Shown here: positions 1-13,116 of the stretch, piece after piece
How the letters are laid out: each line of letters starts with the position of its first letter
How positions within the stretch are numbered: the stretch's first letter is position 1
Source of the DNA: Malacoraja senta
Lineage: Eukaryota
Assembly (NCBI GenBank): GCA_038087875.1
Contig: CM075988.1
Coordinates: 16,308,001 to 16,372,000 of the forward strand
Direction of reading: 5' to 3'
Length of the DNA stretch: 64,000 bases
Notes under the pieces: model-generated
Told to the model about the DNA's origin: nothing
The model's database searches: none
Seen by the model: the letters and a program-made list of their open reading frames with translations, nothing else
Made by a program: the position numbers and the translations under genes

Positions 1-300
1 TGCAGGTTTGTTAATCACCACTGAGCCGTCTGGGAGATGTAACAGAAAGAGGTGAGGGAGGACAGGGGAAGAGGAGATAAAACGATGCAGGAACAGGGGT
101 ACAAAACACTTTCATTACTAGAAACCTGAAAGGTGACCATTTTTAAGTGTTAATTCTGCGATTCTCCACAGGTGCTGCCTGACTTGCTGAGAATTCCCAG
201 CCTTATTTATTTTAAAGAATTTCTACACTTGCAGATTTATTTTCAGTCCAATAACTAACCGTCCTCATTGACCCACTTTGTTTCTTCTCTTATTTCTCAG

Positions 301-527
301 AGGAGCACCAGTGCCTGTGGGCCGACTGTGGGTTCTACTCGGTGGAGAGTTCAACAGACGTTATCCGACATGTATATTTTCACGCCTACCACACAAAGCT
401 TAAATACTGGGGTCTGCAGACCCTCCAGGCTCAGACTGAACTCGAACATTGTTTATTGGATCGGCAGAGCCGTAATATCATTCCAGAAATTCCAGAGAGT
501 TTTATTTGCCTCTGGGGGCACTGTGAC
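301..527 (+). CDS. HINFP: HINFP (histone H4 transcription factor) internal coding exon; the earlier coding exon(s) lie upstream of the window
   Basis: Acceptor ...tttctcag|, donor GAC|gtgagt. Translates [42 protein letters not shown]...[20 protein letters not shown], matching the HINFP motif IRHVYFHxYHTKLKxWGLQ. Confidence 0.95.
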
Positions 528-1312
528 GTGAGTTGCTCAATCATCTTGGAAGTTTCTTTCCACACCCAGTCTTGTTTCTTGTTCCTTCTAACTCTGCCCT
601 TTGTACTGTAGAATCATTGAGACCTTTAGCATGGAAACAGGCCCTTTGCCCACCAAATCAACACTGTCCATCGACCACCCGGTTGCACTAATCCCATTTT
701 ATTATTGACGAAGACCCATCTCCAGAGATGCTGCCTGACCTGCTGAGTTACTCACTTTGTGTCTTTTGTAAACCAGTAACTGCAGTTCCTTGTTTCCCCG
801 TTTTTATTATTCCCACATTCCCACCAATTCTGCGGAGATTCTACCCAGCATCTACACACCAGGAACCATTTACAGGGGCTAATGAACTTGCTGACCTGCA
901 TCTCTTTGCAGGCAACTCATGTGTTCACAGGGAGGACATGCAAACTCCATAAAGAAAACACTGGAGGTCAGGGATCCCTGACGCTATGAAGCAGCAACTC
1001 TACTAGCTGTACCACTGTGCTGACTAAACATACTATTGAAAACATTGCATTGAGCTTTATTATATTAATCTGCGGTGACCATAACAATATAGCCCTATTC
1101 TGACAATGATATTGGATGAAGGAGCGAAATGCCACTTCCCAAATACGATCAGTTGCCTCCTTTGCTGCATGTGCAGCCTCATTTTGTGTCTGTGTGTGAT
1201 TTCCCCTGGTACCTCTGCATGCCTACATCTGTACAGGCTGCATGTTGTGTTTAACAGTTTATCACTTATCGTTTTGCTTTCCCATTTGTTGATGCGCTGT
1301 TTTCTATTTTAG

Positions 1313-1424
1313 AGCACTTTTGAGAATCCGGAATGGTTCTACAGGCACGTGGACATGCATGGAATGTGTTCAGATCGTGATGCAACCACAGACACTAATA
1401 TTATAATTCCGTGCTGTTGGAAAG
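1313..1424 (+). CDS. HINFP: HINFP coding exon
   Basis: ttttag|AGC...AAAG|gtgagc; STFENPEWFYRHVDMHGMC...CCWK; phase fits both neighbouring exons. Confidence 0.95.
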
Positions 1425-2030
1425 GTGAGCCCTACCTGGAGCTAGATTGGTTGTCAGGTTCTTACTTCACACACTATAATTTGCAGAGCAAACCTAGCTG
1501 TCCTATGAGTCAAAATTTATGAATTCCTAGCAAGCTAGTTGTGTTAGGACAGTTAATTTTGAGCACCGTAATGGCTGCTTTTCTGGATGCTTACCGTTTT
1601 ATATATAACATTAGTAGTTAGAAAATGTCCTCCTTTGTAATATGGAGTAAAAATACTGTTGTGGTTCAATTTGGACTTTGGGGTTATTTGAAGAGAAGCC
1701 TCTTAAAGTAATACTTATAGCTGAAGTTGAGAAGACTAAGTAATCAGGAAAGGGAGAATAAGCTTGAGTGTTTTCCAATTTCCAAAGGCACAAGTTTCAT
1801 ATAATTCTACACATTGATAATTTTATAATGGGAACTGAATTTGAGCTCTGGCTGCGGGGGACAATGGTATGTTTCCATATTAGCTAACGAAAAGTAAGGA
1901 TAATGACATTTATTAAACAATACAGATAAATATATTTTGGTTAGAAAGAATCTCGGGATCTCAAAGTAATTGAAAGGAATGACTGGGATCTGAATGCATA
2001 TGTGTAACTGATTCTCTGAACAAAGAGAAG

Positions 2031-2304
2031 GGTGGTACAGCAGTAGAGTTGCTGCCTTACAGCGCCAGAGACCCAGGTTTGATCCTGACTACGAGTGCTG
2101 TTTGAACGGAGTTTGTGCGTTCTCCCTGTGACCGCGTGGGTTTTCTCCGAGAGCTCCGGTTTCCTCCCACATTCCAAAGGCGTACAGGTTTGAAGTAATT
2201 GGCTTCAGTAGGAATTGTAAATTGTCCCTAGGATAATGCTAGTGTACGGGGATCGCTGGTCAACATGAACTCGATGGGCCTGTTTTCGCTAAACTTAACT
2301 TAAA
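2031..2304 (+). mobile_element. tRNA-derived V-SINE (HE1-like)
   Basis: A/B-box head (ggtggtacagcagtag...ggtttgatcc), V-domain ctccggtttcctcccaca, CR1-like tail. Confidence 0.85.
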
Positions 2305-2385
2305 TCATTCACTATTTATTTACTCTGCACACCTTGTCATTACAGTTATACTTTTGGATATTTATTACCCTTTTTTTTCCTTTAG

Positions 2386-2538
2386 ATTGTGAGGCAACAT
2401 TCAAAGTAAAGTTTAAGTTACGAGAGCATTTGCGTAGTCACACTCAGGAGAAAGTGGTGGCATGCCCGACTTGTGGGGGAATGTTTGCCAGCAACACCAA
2501 ATTCTTTGATCACATCCGCAGGCAGACAGCCACGGAAT
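2386..2538 (+). CDS. HINFP: HINFP coding exon (C2H2 zinc fingers)
   Basis: cctttag|AT...GAAT|gtaagt; [46 protein letters not shown]. Confidence 0.96.
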
Positions 2539-3241
2539 GTAAGTAAAATGTCCTTGGATTGTTCGATGATCAATGGTTCTTTATGTCACATGTACCAAGG
2601 TACAGTGAAATTCATTTTTGCATGCAGTTCAGTACATGTATCACTATACATAAGCACTTGAATACATCTTGGATAAGCATCTCAGATACAATATTACTGT
2701 ATAACAGTAGTACACTGGCAGTATACGGAGTCGCCAGTTTGGCGCAATTTTCATGTCTCAGATTGTAAGTTGTCCTGGCTGTGTTGCTGGTCGGCCTGAC
2801 TAAGCGTAGCTGTGCTGTCCTCCACTGCTGTAGGCCGCTTCAAGAGAAGTATTTTTTTGTAACTACGATTTTTTTAAATGGTTACCCAAAGCGTGGTCTG
2901 GCCATTAAAATGATGCACATAACGTAGTTCCTAACCACTGCACAACTGCAGTGGAAAGAGTGAAAATATTTCTGGAAGTGAACCCCAGTTGTTGGAGTTG
3001 TTACATGGTTTGTAAAGTGGGTTAATCTGTTGTCCTTTGAGGCAGTATCCGGCAGAAGTTATTTACTGTGTGACTTTGATATAAAGCCAGATACTTCAAA
3101 ATGGGTTGTGATTACACATGTCATTTGATGTCATTGACCTAGATAGGGATACACAAAGGCAGCATGTGACTGTCTATTTTTACAATACTGAACCTATTGC
3201 TATAAGAATTGCCTGTGATGAGTTTTATTTTGTCTCACTAG

Positions 3242-3319
3242 ATCAACGCTTCCAGTGCTCCCACTGCTCTAAGAAATTCGCCACTGAAAGGCTACTCAGG
3301 GATCACATGCGGCATCATG
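3242..3319 (+). CDS. HINFP: HINFP coding exon followed by a GC-AG intron
   Basis: ctcactag|AT CAA CGC TTC...CAT CAT G|gcaagt; [26 protein letters not shown] plus the TG of the next exon gives the conserved V of HVNxYKC. Confidence 0.93.
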
Positions 3320-4816
3320 GCAAGTCAAGTTCCAGGGTGTTTTTCACCTTATCAATTGGCATCCTGTTGTATGAATATTTGTCACTTTTTGTTAATGTTA
3401 TTTTAACCGAATGGTGTTCCAACTTGCACCAACGTCATTTGGGTTTGTCCAGATGATCATCTCCCATTTGGAGAGAGGGTAGTTGAGGCAGAAATTATAA
3501 CATTTAAAGGACATTTGGACAGATACATGGATAGGAAAGGTTCAGAGGACTACGGGCCAAACGTGGGCAGGTGGGGCTAGTGCAGATGCCTTGGTCGGCA
3601 TGGGCAAACTGGGCAGAAGGGCCTGTTTCTGTGCTGTGTGACTGATTCTATGACTATTTGGAAATTCCTAATACTCTAGATTTTATGATCAACAGAGTGC
3701 ACTTTTTTTTCAAAGAAAGTTGTCCACGCAGTTCTACCGATCTCTGTAGTAGTTGGCTCTTGTCATCCATCAGGTCAGATGCCAGCAATCGTGTCATCTC
3801 AGAACATAGAAATGTACAGTACAGGAACAGGCCCTTCATCCCACAATGTCTTTCCTGAACATAATGCCAAGATAAACTAATTTCATCTGCCTGCACATGA
3901 TCCATATCCCTCCATTCTCCACATGTCCGTGTGCCTATCCAAAAGCCTCCTAAACGGCAGTATCGTAACTATCACCACCCTTGGCAGCACATTCCAGGCA
4001 CCCAACACCCTCTGCTTGCCCCGCACATCTCTTTTTAACTTTGCCCGTCATCAAAGTTAATTAAAATGGGAAAGAAAAGGCATATTTTTGCTAATGCTCT
4101 AAAATGCTGAAAATGGTTAAAATATACACCTTAAAATATCAAATTTTCTAACATGTGTTTTGGAAACTTTGTGACTGCATTCTATGATTTTCTTTTCTTT
4201 TGGTGTAATGGTGGCTTATTATAACATTGAATTGGACGCACCAGCAAACAACAAAAAATAACTTTCAGGATATTTTAATGAAAAGATTAGTTTGTGAATA
4301 ACTTTAACATTTCCCAATGATGGGAATGCTGTAGAATAATGCAAGTTCAATAAGAGTTTTGAAACACTGACAGCAACTTCAGGGTCTTCACAGAGTATTA
4401 CACGTGCTCCAAAATTGTGAAGCTGCTGTTTTGCCATTATTATAGCTGCAAAATCCAGGCCAGACCACTGCATTCTCCATGGATATACTCTTTAGGTTTC
4501 CCACCACTAAGAGGAAGATGGTTCGTTGCTGAAATTAATAGGGGTGAATTGAAGGTTTTGATAACCAAACTCTTCAACAGTCCCTGCATGTTGGAACCCA
4601 GTTCATTAGAGGTTTAAACATTCTTCCTTGACATGCCTCCACTAGTCAAGAGTGTTAACTTTTGTTGTAAAATGGGTCACAAGTCTAAGAGTCATTAGAA
4701 TGATGTTTTTGGTTTAGATGCATCTTACTTTAGTCACTGGCCATGCCCTCTGAGTTGTTACTGAACAGTGGTGTGTCCTTCAAATTTGGGTTTGAATGAA
4801 TGCTTTTGTTTTCTAG

Positions 4817-4937
4817 TGAATTATTACAAGTGCCCATTTTGCGATATGACCTGCCCAGCACCATCTGCCTTGCGGAACCATATCAAGTTCCGCCATAGTG
4901 ACGAGAAACCATTCAGATGTGAATACTGTGAATACAG
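4817..4937 (+). CDS. HINFP: HINFP coding exon
   Basis: ttctag|TG...TACAG|gtttgt; [39 protein letters not shown]. Confidence 0.95.
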
Positions 4938-7133
4938 GTTTGTCAAGTGTTATAATGTTGGGTATCTTATCCATTTACTGCTGACTCAAAGATTTTCTGC
5001 CTTGCCCTGGGAAATAATTTTGTCCAAATTTAGTGAAAATATTCACCAATCAGTGGAAATAACCTCTCACAATTTTGTCTCATTGTAATCCTTAACAAAC
5101 TTTGGACTCTCGCACGTTCTAATTTTGTTCCAAAAGGATCTTATTTGGTGCAAGATCCAAAAGCAGTTTATTCCCTCGCCACCATGTCAGTGCTGAGAAA
5201 TTTCACGTGATGTCCACAGGCATCCTCAGAAATTTCACGTGATGTCCAACTGTTAAGAAATCAGTGGAACTCTGTCAACAAGTTTGGGAATTTTGCATTC
5301 TGTTTGCAAAATGACCATCATTGTGTTTTGTTATTCCATTTCAAATAGTATCACTGTGCTTGCAATTCTGTTGCCCATTCTTGTTGCTGCTTCATTATAC
5401 TTAACATTTTCTCACGTTGCAATGCAAATGGCCATCTATTTGTCCAGCCTATCAGACTTTTACACATAAATTAAGTCATTCACAGTTTGCCACATTTTCT
5501 AATTTGAAATTATCAACAAACTTGACCTATTTCCTTAATTCCTAAATCCAAATCATATGGAAGGTATAAAATAAGCAATGCTATTGCAGAATGATGCAAA
5601 GTGAACTTTTCCAGTTATGGAAAGTTTTACAACTGCCCATTGTACTTTGTTCACAAGGTCCCACATATTCCATTCAATTTGCTATTTGGTTTATTATCAA
5701 ATGTAAAAAATTCCAAATAAAATGAATGAACTTTTTTCTTGTGATCCTGTTTTATTTCAGAGGTCTATCTTGATTGAGCTCATGTCGTACCTTTATAGAA
5801 ATCCGTGCAGAATAAATATTTGTCAAGTAGTTTTGTCCCCTGGGTCTTCTGGTTGGTTGCCAATTTTGACACGTATAAATTTTCTATAATTTCCTTTTCT
5901 GAAAAGATATCCCACATTTATCCAGCTTTGGCACACATCTTGTTTTCAGAATGTTTAGAACATTATTGCCTCTTTGTTCTGGAGCTTCCTTTGGGACTTT
6001 TGGATGAACAATTGCTTTTCTTAAGATGGTCTGTCGGACATTTATTCAGCAGTCACCGTTTCCATTACCTCAAAATTAAGGCAAAGTATTTTGACTGTCT
6101 CCGTCTCTTCATTTATTATCCCTATCTCCTTTTTGGTAATCTTTATTTTTGATCAGATTTTTGATCTTTTTACTGTTGTCTTTTAGATGTTTTTGTTAAT
6201 GGCCTCTGTAGCTTTCTTTGGTCATTTTAATTTCACCATATACATATACCTGGCTTATTTTTGCCCGTCTTTTAATGTCTACTGAAGGTTTAATTATTCT
6301 ACTTGCTTCAATTTAATTGTATCTTGTAGAGCACTGAGACCAAATCATTCCCTCCACTTACCTGAACTTATTGTCCTTGCCATGTCCGAATTTAAAAAAA
6401 ATATCCCCTACCTTAAGATCACTATTATCTTCATCTGTTACGTAGAACAAGGTTGTATAATATTGCTTGGTACTCAAAAATCTGCAGATGTTGGAAATTT
6501 GAAATAAAAACAAAATGCTGGAAATACTCAATAGGTCAGTCAGCAACTGTGGAAAGCAAAACAGCATTACTGTTTCAGTTCATAGACTCTTGATTAGAGC
6601 TGGGAAAGGGAGGAGGTGATTTAATTTTAAACTGCAAATAAGGTGGGGGAGGAATGAATAGAGCAACTTCTTCACAACTTAAAAGTGACTTTCCAATTCT
6701 TATGGAGGCCCTTGACCTAAATCGTTAACTCTTTTCTCGTTAACTGTTTCTCTTTTCTCAGATCCTTTGGACGTTTCCACCATTTTCTGTTTATATAAAC
6801 CACTCCTGCTTTCCCCGTTGAAGTAGCAACATATTGAAAGTGATGAACTATTAATCTCCTTTTCTCCCAATTATCCAGTTTTGGATAATTCTCTTAATTG
6901 CAACAATACACTCTTCTGTTCCATCTACAGATGTCACCTTTAGTTTCTTTCCTGCTCTTCAGCGGTCTATAAATTAGTCCCAGCACTCAATCACATTCTG
7001 TTGACCTCTTGAATTAAGGGGCTTTCCTTCCTATTTCTCCGTTTTAATCTTTCGTCTCGGGAGAGAAGGAATGCGTGACGTTTCGGCTCGAGACTCTTCT
7101 TCAGACGGATCACTGTAATTTGTTTTCTCCCAG

Positions 7134-7272
7134 TTGCAAGAACTTGGTTGATCTAAGAAGACATTTGGACACCCACAGTGAAGACCCGACCTATCGGTGT
7201 GAGTTTGCGGGTTGTACATTCAGCGCACGATCCCAATATTCTATCAAGTCCCACTACAGGAAAGTACATGAG
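7134..7272 (+). CDS. HINFP: HINFP coding exon
   Basis: tcccag|T...GAG|gtaagt; CKNLVDLRRHLDTHSEDPTYRCEFAGCTFSARSQYSIKSHYRKVHE. Confidence 0.95.
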
Positions 7273-8469
7273 GTAAGTAGTGGAACAAAGGCCGCACTTC
7301 TGTGTTGTCAGTCTACCTGCAGGAAAATGGACAATGTATCCAACTGGAATGTGGTGACCTTGTTCTTTTTCTTTTACCAATGGCAATGCGTCTTTCAGCC
7401 CAACATCTCTGCTAATCTATATGGCCTCTCGTTGGGCTGCCTCTACCCTTTCTAATCCAGCCCCTTCCAAGTTCTCTGCCATCCTTTCTGCCTGTCTATA
7501 ACTTCCCCTGGAATGTTTCTATGCTCTTCACCTCAACTACTCCCTATGGAAGTGAACAGTACATTGAAACCACTGCCTAGGTAGAGGTTTTTCCTGACTT
7601 CATGATTGGATTAATGTGACAGCCTTATTTTATGACTCTTGGTTCAGGTCACGGGGAGCACAAACAAACTCTGTGCAGACAGCCTGGATCCAACCCAGGT
7701 TTTTGGTGCTGTAAGGCCGCAACTCTACCACTGTGCCAATATGCTCCCCCTCTAATCTCTCAAATGCTTCTATAAATTTTCAGTGGGTACTGTATGAAAC
7801 CACTCCCTAGTCTTTGTCCTGGGGCAAAGAACCTTTGCCTTTTTGATCTGGAAGGTATTGTTCCATTTGAATCCATTTACACCTGTGGTAATTTTGCAGC
7901 CTTTATATTTGATCAATTGCAACTGCTATAGTAAATCTGAAACCAATGCCTCCGCAGTAGATTGGTGTTCTTGGTAAACATAAAAGACCATTATATTCTG
8001 TGATTTAATTTCTTGATGGCACACTTCTTCGTGGGTTGTGTCAGATATATTATCTTGATATTTGCAAGAATAGAATTCATGAGGTTCCTCTTCATCCCTC
8101 TACTTTCCAGCGCTATTCACAACAGAAAGAGCAAGCGAGCAATTAGCTCTTAAACGTCAATCCAAGCTGGAGCTGATCAGAGTATTTTCATGACAGCAAT
8201 TTGCTCACTGCTAGGTCATTAATATTGATTCTTCAGTTTAACCTACAATTTAAATTAACTATTTCAATCATTCTTGGTTTTGTTCTAAAAGCCAATTTTC
8301 AAGCGTGTCTATGGCACGTGTAATCCATTAATCTTTTAAACTGAAAACCATTAATTTGTTATCAGCAATACAAGCGTTTGCTTTGTGTAGATACTCTCTG
8401 TCTTTAAGGTCACTGTGACTGGATGTCATCTAGCTTGTTTTGACCTATTTGTTACTCTCATCTTCTCAG

Positions 8470-8594
8470 GGGGATATGGAACCCAGATACAAATGTCACG
8501 TGTGTGACAAATGTTTCACCAGAGGTAACAATCTGACCGTGCACCTCAGGAAGAAACATCAGTTTAAGTGGCCTTCAGGTCATCCCCGTTTCAG
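8470..8594 (+). CDS. HINFP: HINFP coding exon
   Basis: ttctcag|GGG...TTCAG|gtatgc; [41 protein letters not shown], a highly conserved HINFP block. Confidence 0.96.
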
Positions 8595-8937
8595 GTATGC
8601 TAACCCAGTATTTTATTCTCCCAATCTTTATTTCATAACGTATCCATATCCATTCCCTCCCCTGATGCTGTCTGTCATGCTGCGTTCCTCAAGCATTTGT
8701 GTTTTGGTTAAACAAGAGCTGGCCTATGGAAACATTTACCTACGTCTAATATATTTTTCAAAACTGTATGGTCTTAACATCAGTTGTGATTAAAGAGTTT
8801 CTAGAATAGTGTTGAAGAATATTCTACTGTTTTAATTTAGAGTATTGGTAAGTAATCCTGTTTTAGATATCAATGCCTAATCAAATCATTGTTCAGTTAT
8901 AATTATTTAATTATGCAAGTGTTGCTTTTAATCTTAG

Positions 8938-9466
8938 ATACAAAGAGCATGAAGATGGCTACATGCGACTACAGCTAGTACGTTATGAGAGTGTTGAACT
9001 GACTGAACAGCTAATGAAAGAGCGGGAGAAGCAGGATGGTCGCTTGGAGAGCATATCGGAGAGTTTGGTCTTGTCAGAAGCTAACCTACGAGGGATTATA
9101 CTGGAGCCAGTGGAAGAATCAAACAGCGAGGACCAGGGGGTAGAAAAGCAGAGCGCTGACTCTCTGAACTGTTGTACGAATGAATGTCGGGAACGCTGCA
9201 GTTACAGTGACGGTGCTGAGCTGGAGCATCTCCGCCAATCGCCGCTGGGCTCCTGTGACTCCAGTAAAAGCCCCATCATCCGGGTGGTCAACCGGACTAA
9301 CGAACATGGGGAAAACGAGACCGTTTACTACGTTCTGACCAATGCACCACATAACACAGGGAGCACAGGCCCAATCAGTGAGGACACTAATATGGAGACT
9401 GAAGGAACCTCCACTGACAACATAGAAAAGACTGCGGAAGAATTGGGCATTGAAATAATTGGCTAG
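8938..9466 (+). CDS. HINFP: HINFP last coding exon (to TAG stop)
   Basis: atcttag|A TAC AAA GAG CAT; YKEHEDGYMRLQLVRYESVELTEQL, then an acidic tail; the stop matches ORF 8963-9466. Confidence 0.95.
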
Positions 9467-10738
9467 TACTAATTAACCAAATTCATTGCTGGTGTGTTTG
9501 TTTGATGTTTTGTATATTTGCTTTAATTTTGAGTCACAGCCTATGTGTTGCAATGTTGATTGGTTTGCCGATATTGGCTATATTTATAGTTTATTTTTAC
9601 TGTAGCCCCTCTGTATGAGTTTCATTATGTTGCATATCTCACATTGCCAGGAGCAATACAGTCCTTGCTTTCAATTATGCTACAATCATTAGATCGAAGA
9701 AATTTATTCAAAATAGATTTTGACTGATGTACAGTGTCAATACAACAAATAGTTTTAATCAGCAATATGATTTTTGTTGTGCAAAAGTCTAATGGTGTTA
9801 ATTGATTTTTGTAAACTGCACTTTTTACTTTGGCCCTGCAGTTCCTTAGTTGCAGGCAGTTAGTTCTAAAACGACTCATTGTTCTCCCAGGTGTAGACAT
9901 TCTTCTGGGAAATGTTCCCGTCCTTGCCTTTGTGCCCCTTATTGTTTTACACAAAGAAATAGCAGCATATGGGTTTCAAAATGGATTCATTTGGCCACTG
10001 ACCTTTGCTCTTCATAAAGTGGGTTCCATTTACTCTGCCTTGCTACTGCTTCACTGTCAGAACTATAAGGACCAGAAAGGTTGTACAAAAATGGCAGTAT
10101 TGTACTGCTGATTTTTATGGTGCACTCCTTCATCACCCCCACCTTTAATTCTCTGAAATGTTTCCTCTTCTTCCCCATATACCTATTCTTCTTGTTACGG
10201 GCCTGTTCAAATCTCTCTTAACCCATTGCCTATGTATAGTAACCCTCTGGCGATAGATTATTGTCTTTAATTGCAGTTCTGCACCCTATCATTTTTTTAA
10301 GTTAAATGTATCTTTACTTTGTACTGCAACCACCCAAGAACAAAAGAAATCAAATCCACAGAAGACAACTTTAAAATACACCAAATTTAAGATATCAACA
10401 CTTTAGCCCAGTTTACTTTTTCCCTCACTCGCTGTATAACAGTGCATGTTTTACAGTGTTATTCTTTCCAGGTGTTTGCTGTTTGTCCTCAGCTGCGAGC
10501 ATGATGCTTCTCACAGGCTAACCTTGGATGAGCATTGTGATGTAGTCTTTCACCCTCGGTTTGATGTTTCAAGGTTTTGCAGATTTTGTGTACCTACTTC
10601 CAACAGATTTTTCACGAAAGAGAGGATCGCGTTCTTCAGGAAAGTGCAAAAGCAAAATGCTCCAATAGTCATGTACTTGTTGAGTTTGAGGGCAATTGAC
10701 CAACATGTGTTGGCATCGTATGATGGGCGGACGGCACG

Positions 10739-11036
10739 GGGCTGCACGGTGGCACAGCAGTAGAGTTGCTGCCTTACTGCGCCAGAGACCCGGGTTCAAT
10801 CCTGACTACGGGAGCAGTTTGTACATTCTCTTTGTGACCGTGTGGGTTTTCCCCGAGTGCTCCGGTTTCCACCCACATTCCAAAGACGTGCAGGTTTGTA
10901 AGTTAATTGGCTTCGGTAAAAATTGTACATTGTCCCTAGTGTGTAGGATAGTGCTAGTGTATGGGGACCGCTGGTTAGCACGGACTCGGTGGGCCAAAGG
11001 GCCTGTTTTCCCGCTGTAGCTCTAAAACCTAAACCT
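10739..11036 (+). mobile_element. V-SINE (HE1-like)
   Basis: Full head, V-domain and tail. Confidence 0.85.
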
Positions 11037-12825
11037 ATGAAATGCTTCCCCAATCTTCCATGGCATATTTTTAAGATTTGTTTTTTTTCTATTGAAGGTT
11101 GTAGTTTTAAAGTTTATCTCCCGTTATATTTAACATCCCTGCAGGGGGTCAAGGTTCTTCCTTCTTGGGTAATACCTGAGGATCAAAATGGTGGTGCTGC
11201 ACGTGGTAGAGGCTTCTCACCGCTCCTATTCTGACCTCGGTGCTGTCTATGGAGATTCCACAGTCTCCTGAGGATTGGATTGATTTCCCCAGGGAGTTTC
11301 TGTGTCCTCCCTCGGCCCAACGATATGCTGTTTAAGTGACCTGATCTTATAAATTGCTGCCAGTGTTGGAGGGTGGCAGGAATATCACTTGAGAATTAAT
11401 GGGCTTGTGTAAGAGAAAGGATTCGAGTTTGTGAGGAAATAAGTTTGCCAGTATGGGTTTGATGGTTTAAATAGCCTTGCCGGTATTAGAAAATATCATG
11501 TAAACTGGCCTTGACTCATTTTGTGGGTTCTGAGGTGGCGATGAGGCCATTGTGGGAAGTGCAGTCTCACCACAGTCACGGGGCGGGAGGTGCTGACAGG
11601 GTCGCTCGGCAAATGGTTTGTGAGCTCATTCCACTGCTCGAGCGGGGTTATTCAAATGCTCCTGATGCCTTAAAGTTCACAATACCATTCTTAATGTTTT
11701 ATTATCACGTGTACTGAGATACAGTGAAAAGCTTTTGTTACGTGCTAACCAGTCATCAGAAAGACAATACATGATTACAGTCGAGCCATCCGCAGTGTAC
11801 AGATACAAGATAAAGGGTGTAGTATCCATTTAGCTTAGTGGCTAGAGGAACAATTCCTTGAACGATATAATAATCTGCTACTACAAAGGGAATAATGTTA
11901 AGTGCAAGATAAAGTCCATTAAAGTCCGATCAAAGTTCTCCACTGCCGTAGAGATCTTTGATCGGATTTTACTGGACTTTATCTTGCACTAAACACCATT
12001 CACATTATCGCCACTGCATTAGATAGTAGCTCAGATCTGCTCTCTTCACTCTTGGTGGTCATGGGCCAAGAGGTACCTAGAAGGGATGTGGCAATATTTT
12101 GAAGTCAGTTACCAATGCAGCTTGGTTTGCTTATTGATCTCGTAAATTTAGAGGATTGTGTGAAGACAGCATTGGTAGTAATTTTCCAGCAACTGGAGAT
12201 ACCTGCTGTAACTTGTCCAGGTCTCGGGGTGGCCATGGTCAATGATGAGTTTTGTGCCTGGTCTGAGGTGTTCATTTCCAAATTCCTTTCCTTCGTCAAC
12301 CAAATGTTCACTTGGGCATTGACGGAATTTTATCAGCGATGTCTCTTTGGCAACAGGTGGTGCTCAAAGTATGGCAACTAGTACAAGCTTTCCAGGATCT
12401 TAATGTGTGATCCTTTGTCGGAGGGCAATGTGCTAGAGCTAAGGCAGATCAGTAAAGGATCTTGGTTTTGCAGATCGCTACACAAAGTGCAGGAGGAACT
12501 CAGTGGGCCAGGCAACATCTGAGGAGAGAACAGACAGAAGACATTTCAGGCCAGACCCTTCAGACTGGTTCTCTTCGTAATGTAGATATTGGGTGCAAGT
12601 CCCAGTCTCAGAAATGAGTTGTGATGCATATATGAATTACAGAAGAGGTGCTAGCAGCATTAGCGAACATTTAAGGTAAACAAATGCCAGATCAAGTGTT
12701 TCTTTGGACAAGGGAAAAGCTAGAGAAGAATTTGCAGGGGCCCTGGCAGAGAGATTTGTGTCATCTATAGTCACAGAGGAGGTACTGGAAGACCGGAGGG
12801 TGCTTGATATTGTACCGTTACTTCA

Positions 12826-13116
12826 CTTAAGAGATACAGCGCGAAAGCTAGTAGTTCGGCCCACTGAATCCACGCCAATCAGCGATCACCCCGTGCATTA
12901 ACACTATCCTACCCACTAGAGACCATTTACAATTTTACCAAGGCCAATTAACCAACAAACCTGCATATCTTTGGAGTGTGGGAGGAAACCAGAGCACCCG
13001 GAGAGAACCCACGCAGACACAGGGAAAATGTACAAACTCCATACAGACAGCACTAGTAGTCAGGCTCGAACCCGGGTCTCTGGCGCTGTAAGGCAGCAGC
13101 CCAACTGTTACACCAC
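12826..13116 (-). mobile_element. V-SINE inserted in a CR1 fragment
   Basis: Reverse complement of the same family. Confidence 0.8.

Noticed and set aside
9467..10740. HINFP polyadenylation signal
   Set aside because: I saw no convincing AATAAA with downstream elements, so the 3' UTR end is not called.
10739..10810. tRNA-like sequences here and at other SINE heads
   Set aside because: They run straight into the V-domain and CR1-like tail and lack a proper cloverleaf; these are SINEs, not tRNA genes.
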